Assembly: GCF_028641065.1 (NCBI RefSeq)
Contig: NC_073407.1
Coordinates: 20,088,001-20,152,000, forward strand
Direction: 5' to 3'
Source of the DNA: Leucoraja erinacea
Lineage: Eukaryota
DNA: 64,000 nucleotides
Made by a program: the position numbers and the translations under genes. Shown piece by piece: positions 57,588 to 64,000 of this stretch. Under the pieces are notes generated by a model. The model was not told where the DNA came from. It ran no database searches and worked only from the letters and a program-made list of their open reading frames with translations. Position 1 is the first letter of the stretch; every line of letters starts with the position of its first letter.

Positions 57588-59689
57588 CTGAAAGGGATTA
57601 TAATTCATGACCCTAACTTTTTTTAAAAAATCACTGGATTATTGTAAGTATATACCCTCAACCAGTGCTTTCTTTGTGGACAAACTGATGCCGGTACACG
57701 TGTATGTATGGCTTGAATGTACTCATGTATAATCAGACTTAATTGGATAGCACGCAAACAAGAGCTTGTCATTGTACTTTGATACATGTGACAATATTAA
57801 ACCAATACCACTGAGGCCACCCTCTCCACTTCCTGCACTCGGAAAAAAAAAGCTTATTTTAGCTCATTTTGTAGCTCAATCCCCTGAGTTCTGGTAACAT
57901 CCTGGTGAATCTTTACTGCTCCCTTTCCAGCATGTGACATCCTTCGTATAAGTAGGGCAACCAGGATTGCACACAGTACAAGAGAGTTCGAGTTAGATTT
58001 AGCTTAGGGCTAAGGGAATCAAGGGATGTGGGGATAAAGCCGGAACGGGGTACTGATTTTGGTTGATCACTGATTTTGAATTGCGGTGCTAACTCGAAGG
58101 GCCGAATGGCCTACTCTTGCACCTATTTTCTAGGTTTACTCCAAATCTGATCTCACTGATGTCTTGTACAGTTGTGGCATATCTCATTTCCTGCACTCAG
58201 TACCTTTGTCAATGACACACCAAACACCTTCACCCTGCCTATCCGTGTTGCCACTGTACACCCACGTCTCTCTGCTCCACAACACTTCACAGAGACCTTT
58301 ATTGTGCAGTTCCTGTCGTAGTTTGATGTACCATCATCTTACACTTCGTGGAAGTAATTTAGGATGTCAAGGGCTAGTTCAGAAAATGTGTTCATTTTGA
58401 CAAGGCATAGAGCATCCGGGATTTTGAAAATATCTTGCATCAAGTTCCCATGTGATTCCAGTAGCTGCACATCTCGCTTTGCGTCAGGGGAAAGTACTTG
58501 CACTGACTCCATTGCTCCTGGATACAAACCTTCTGCTTCTTGTACACCTGATACTTAGATGTTTAGACTCTGAATTAGAATTCCCTTTATTGTTAGACAT
58601 CCATTTTTCTGTAACATATTTGCTTCAAAATTAACATATCCTTCAAATACTACACCTTTAGAATGCAACATTCTTCTGTAGTTATGTTCTTCATTACACA
58701 AGAAATGTCTTGGTTTGAGTACCTCTCACAGCTTCTTGATAATATGGCCGTCTACTACCCAGTGAGATTGGCCTTTAGCCTGTGTTTGTTGATCTCAGCT
58801 TGTATAATATTTTGGAGGGATAGGAGGAAGGAGGGAAAAGGGTACTGATCCATGCTCTCCAGACATAATTATTAACATAAGGTAGGCAAAGGCACAGCTT
58901 AGCTGTGTCACACTGACCAGTTAAATGATACCCTAAAGATGAAAACTCAGATCATGACACTTAAACATCTGTATTCCAACTAGTCAGCTGATAAAATACA
59001 TGGATAGAATAGAACACTGATTGATGCAATTCAGCTTTTGCATTGTGTACCTCCTGTTCATATCACAGCCTATTCACTGTATACAATAGAGACCCACTTC
59101 CATAGACTGAAATACAGAGACAAGGAATTGTGAGCTGCATGTCTTCCGTCTTTATTTTAAAGTAACCAAAGAATAAGAGTACTGATAAACACTTTTCACA
59201 ACCACAGTGTCTCAAAAGGCTTTGTAGTCAATGAAATAGAAATATTATTTGTTGGAAATGTTGCAATCTTCCCTGGGAAATTTGGAATTATTTTCTATAA
59301 TAGCAGGTATTTGTAAGATATCCTTAACCTCCCATTCTCTCTGCATCCCCTTCTCATCCCCACCAACACCTTCTTCAAATTGCTTTTGGAAGTGAGCCAT
59401 TATATTAACTGTCCAAATAGAACTCCAGTTCTAAAGGCTGGGAATTCTCTCAAGATGTGTTAAATCCATTGATGCCAAAAAAATAGTGTATGCCATATAG
59501 GTTTACACCTAACGTAGACTTGATCACTGGAACATTGGGTTCTCCTTTTCTAAAGGCTGCAACTAATATTTTCCTGCTTGGTAACTAAAGTCAGGGGGCA
59601 GGGATGACTGCTGTGTGGAAGATCATGAACTTTGTGCTGGGTTTGAGGACTTCATTCTTTTTCTAAAATAATGAAGAAGTTGGTTGCTG

Positions 59690-59945
59690 TGCTGGCAGAG
59701 GTACCAACAACATCACTGCAAATTCCTCCAAATTCACCGGGATGTCCGCAACCTCTTTCAACTCAACACATAGGCCAAGATGGAGTTCAGTTGGCCAGAC
59801 TCCTGGTGGAGACACACTGCTCTGAGCCTCGCCACTCAGAAAGACAGAAGAAATCATTCAAAGGTTTCAGAGTCATCTTGAAAGTGTGCAGCATCCCCAC
59901 CAACTCAGAGGTATCACTGCCCATGATCAGTCAAAGGGGAAAATA
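59690..59945 (+). mobile_element. Degenerate RTE-type LINE 3' fragment
   Basis: Frame-switching reading YQQHHCKFLQIH...RQKKSFK...LKVCSIPTNSEVSL resembles the RTE C-terminus. Confidence 0.6.
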
Positions 59946-61898
59946 AGTTTTTGTCATTATGAAACTTGATAATATTACCTTCATTGTGCTGCCACAACTT
60001 TGGCCCTACAAGGAAAATTGTGTTTGAACCCAATGTTCAGCGATTAGAAACACCCTAAAGCCCAGTGTAAATTGAGTGGAAGCAAGTTAGCCTCTATGCC
60101 GAGAGGCTGCCCAAGAAGCAGATGCCTAAAGCTTTAGGGGGTGTGACAAACAGATTCCTAACTACAGCAGTGTTAACCTCTGGAACACACAATTGCTCTT
60201 TTCTCACAATGTTAATAAATATTTTCCCACTACTAGTTGTTTAATAAAACAAAGATTCTCAGTGCAGTTGTCCAGCTGTTCCATGTTGACAGTATGTTCG
60301 GGAGCTTTTAGACCAGGTAATCACAAGATATACTCCAAAAACAAACCAAGCCTTGGATAAGAGAACTCAGTCAAAAATGAGAGTTAGTACAATGATTACA
60401 GTTAATATAAATACTGTGTCCTCTTTGATTAAAACACAATGTGCTGGGGTAACTCAGCAGGTCTGGATAGGAGGGAAGGGAATGGAGGGAATGGATAGGC
60501 GATGTTTCAGGTCAGGACCCTTCTTCACTTAAGATTCCAGCATCTGCAGTTCCTTGTCTCCGCATCTGCTTTGATGCTGGTTTTCTATTGTAGACATGTA
60601 CCATCAGTGGGTGCACTGGCTCTTCATCTCCAGTGTTCAGAACATGGAAGCCCTGGCTTTGAGAAATATATGAAGTGCAATTGCTTAATTGTGTGACTTG
60701 GCCAGGAACAGAAGCACAGCCATGAGATCTACATAGATGAGTACAGTATGTTTTACATCTTCAGCACCCACCTTCACATATAATTTGACAAGCTTTCAAT
60801 ACATGATCATAACTGGTTGATTAACATGATACGTGACTGACCATATTAGTTAAATTGCATTCGTTAGATTGCCAAGTGAAAGAGCATCCTCTTTCCCCTC
60901 ATCTTCCCATCAGTCCTTCCAGATTCAATTTGAATCTAGGTAACTTACGAGTGGGTACTGGAGGGCAAGTGATGGGGGTGAACAAAAAGCGACAATAAAT
61001 CTGTTCAGTATTCCCCAAAATGTAAATGTTATTAAAACAGCAAAGCATATGCCTAAATCAGCTTACTAAAGATTACTTGTACATCACTGAATTGGCACAC
61101 ATTACCCACCAATATTTGTGATTGTGACTCAAATTGGGCAGTTTTCAGTGGAACTACTCAGCTCATTTGAGGTCATGCCACTATATTATTTTTGCAATTA
61201 AATATATTGTATTGATATTACCCGCCAATTGAGAATGCTGAGTCTGTAATTAGAACTGGAACATAAAGAGTCCTCTACAAAGAATAGGTAAGATACAACT
61301 TTGCAACAGACCTACAGACCAGGTTCACAGGCTGGTGATTGAATTATCAGTTGCAAGAACTGAATATTAGCACACCTACAGGAACAAGTGCTTCAACAAC
61401 AAATCATTTATTAATTATTCCTTATTTTTCTTAAAAGTTTATAACTGTTGACATTTGATTAACTGGCACAGCCCAAAAGATTTCACAATCAAATTTTTTC
61501 AAGACAAACCATGGAAGCACAATTTACAAAATGACGGGGGAAAGAGTGGAAGGAACATGGGACAGGGAGAAAATGTAGCCGAAAAGCAAGAGTGGAGGGA
61601 AAGAAAATGAGACTCAAATGGCAAGGAGAGATTAAAGGAAGAGTCAAAGTAAAGGTAAAAGGGATAAAGTGAGAGAAAACGCTAATTCCTTATCCAATAA
61701 AAAATGACACGAATTAACATTTTCTTGTGCAACACCAAATATTCTGCTGTGCGTCATCTTGACACCGTGTCATGCACAGAGGTTCCTCCCTATAATGCAT
61801 CTGGTGCATTATTGTAGCAGGACATTAAAGTTCCTCAGTGTCTACACAGCACGCTTGACAGGAAGTAGTGAGAGTTGGTGAGAGCTTATTTTCAGTCT

Positions 61899-64000
61899 TT
61901 AACTCGACGTGTCCATCTGCTCCTCTTTAAAGTTCTCACAAAATTTGATGACATTTCTGTTGGAAAGCGAAATAAAAGAGTGATCACTTTCTTGAAACAG
62001 ATTTGTATATCAACAGTTGCTTTTAATCAAAAGCTGGATAATATTGGTAGAAAATGTAAAGGAAACTGTAGATGCTGGAAATAAAACCAGAAAATGCTAG
62101 AAATACTCAACAGGTTAAGCAGCAGCCGTGGAAAGAGAAATAGTTAACATTTTCTGTCCAGGACCCTTTATTAGATCTGAGTTTCAGCATTTTCTGTTTC
62201 ATGATATAACTGAGAGGTGCTTCATCGCGAGGAGTTGTGTCTTCTACACACACAGCAATGCCCACCTCCAATTATTGTAAGCTGACATTACACATTCCAC
62301 CCAACACTACAAAGGGGACACGTAATTATGTTCCTGTTGCTTCAACCCAAATCTGATGGATTTACTACCAAATTTCGTGGAATACCCATTCCTCACACTG
62401 TCTATCTAGTCTGTGAATTTTGTAATCTCAGGATTTGAGATTACAAAAATCTGCCGATGCTTGCAGATTTCAGCATTCTGAGACATAGCTGTCCATGTGA
62501 AACACGCAGGCTCTGGAAATTCAAATAGACTGACCAATGACCAAGAAATTAAAAAGATCCCAAATGGGTTTTGAAACGAGATTGCCAAGCACTGAGATGC
62601 TGCCAGCAACTTTAATAAGGCAGGTTACACAAAAAAGCTGGAGAAACTCAGCGGGTGCAGCAGCATCTATGGAGCGAAGGCAAATGAGTTCTAGTCTGAA
62701 TATGTCTGCCAATTTGCGAGTAGCTTTATGAGCTTAACCTTTTCCTGATGTTGTATTGTAATTCAACTTATTTGCGTTTGGATCCTTGGAATAACTAGTG
62801 CAAGATTTGTCTTATGATGCTACGGTGTCCCTTGCAGTGTAATGTTAAAAGCTGAACCACTGCACCATGATAAAATGGAAGAATCAGAATGAAACCTGTC
62901 TGGACTGCAACCTCCCGATACAAACTCTGGCTCAAAGTGCTTTGTATGGGACATGTGGTCCTATCTTTGAGAGTTTCACTTACTTTGCCATCTCTTTGGT
63001 CTCTGATCTAGCTGCGTCACTCTCGATCACACCCTTCAGCAGTTCAATTCCATTCTCTTTTATCAACAATGTGCAGTATTTCTCAGCTGAAGATTTAAAT
63101 TAAAAAGTGTTAGTTTACAAGCTGCTTTCAGCTCAAATTTAGCATCTAAATTTCTGATCCAACATTGTACTTCTTTTTTAAAAAGTTATTAAAATGTTTT
63201 TATTCCCTAAAATATGTGCATCAAATTCAACAACTGGATTGTTTGATTGGAGAGAGGAGAGGGGACGGGGAGGGTGAGATCAGAGGCAGCATTGAGAACT
63301 GCACAGTTGAACATTTCCCTTCTCTTCTTTCATTTGTGGGACACATTATTCTGACAATTTCACAGACCATATTTTCCTAGCACATTCTACTGTACTGCTA
63401 CTATATTAACAGCACAGACATGACTGATTGAACACACTGTGTTATTCAACACGTATCTTACAATTTAGGAACACCTCCAAGTCTGGTGTGAATTATGCAA
63501 TTTACTCTTAATAACTCAGCATTTCATATTTTAAGACGAGTCGCAGGAATGTTATTAGATAAGATCTGACTGCTCACTGATATAGGTTTTATGAAACACC
63601 TTAGTGGAAGGAAAGAGAGTTAGAGATAGAATTTCAGAACTTCAGTTAAAGACACAACAGCCGGTGGGAGGATGAAGAACTTCAGGGTGTAGAGACACTG
63701 GAACTGGATCTGAAAGGTGTACATTGGGGATGTTACAGAAATTAGAAGAATCATGGCCATGGAAGGATCTTCAAATAAAGATTAAAATCTTCTTAGTACT
63801 GTAATGGTGATGTTTTTGAACTAGTTGTTCAGAACTCTGGAATCCCATCATGAATATTCGTTTGGGAAATTAAATTCCATTGCTATTGAAATCCTTACCT
63901 ATCCTGCCGTGAACGTTAGAAACATAGAGATACGTCACTAAATGTTACTTACGATAGACTGATGTGAGGTTAAAGAGTGCCCAGGTTGCCCAGTGCTGGC
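61899..64000 (-). CDS. ZER1: Protein zer-1 homolog, last three coding exons (gene continues off the right edge)
   Basis: Exons 64000-63953 (QHWATWALFNLTSVY), 63086-62984 (PEKYCTLLIKENGIELLKGVIESDAARSETKEMAK) and 61956-61899 (NVIKFCENFKEEQMDTSS*). Matches the ZER1 C-terminus; phases are consistent. Confidence 0.93.

Noticed and set aside
59671-59946. 91-aa ORF as an exon of a new gene
   Set aside because: Better explained as a frameshifted RTE LINE remnant.

Overview
This is vertebrate genomic DNA. The repeat content (CR1, Rex1/Babar, L2, RTE LINEs, HE1-like tRNA SINEs, Penelope-derived repeats) suggests a cartilaginous fish, probably a skate or ray (inference). Five intron-containing genes were reconstructed by hand from splice sites. 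(1) The 5' part of a signal-peptide-bearing cereblon-like CULT-domain gene on the minus strand, with a GC-AG intron. (2) A 22-exon PKN3-like kinase on the plus strand (6856-38952), head-to-head with the CULT gene across a small CpG/CCAAT promoter. (3) A complete 5-exon ZDHHC12 on the minus strand. (4) An unrecognised gene on the minus strand (50535-54384), three coding exons, about 154 aa, coiled-coil, lying between ZDHHC12 and ZER1. (5) The last three exons of ZER1 on the minus strand. Highlights are the putatively secreted CULT protein, the orphan gene, hammerhead-ribozyme-like motifs in a young Penelope insertion and its many derivatives, two Harbinger-like MITEs at the same TAA of that repeat, a phase-incompatible PKN3 splice donor, and a degenerate PKN3 regulatory tail. 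All calls come from reading the sequence; no searches were run.
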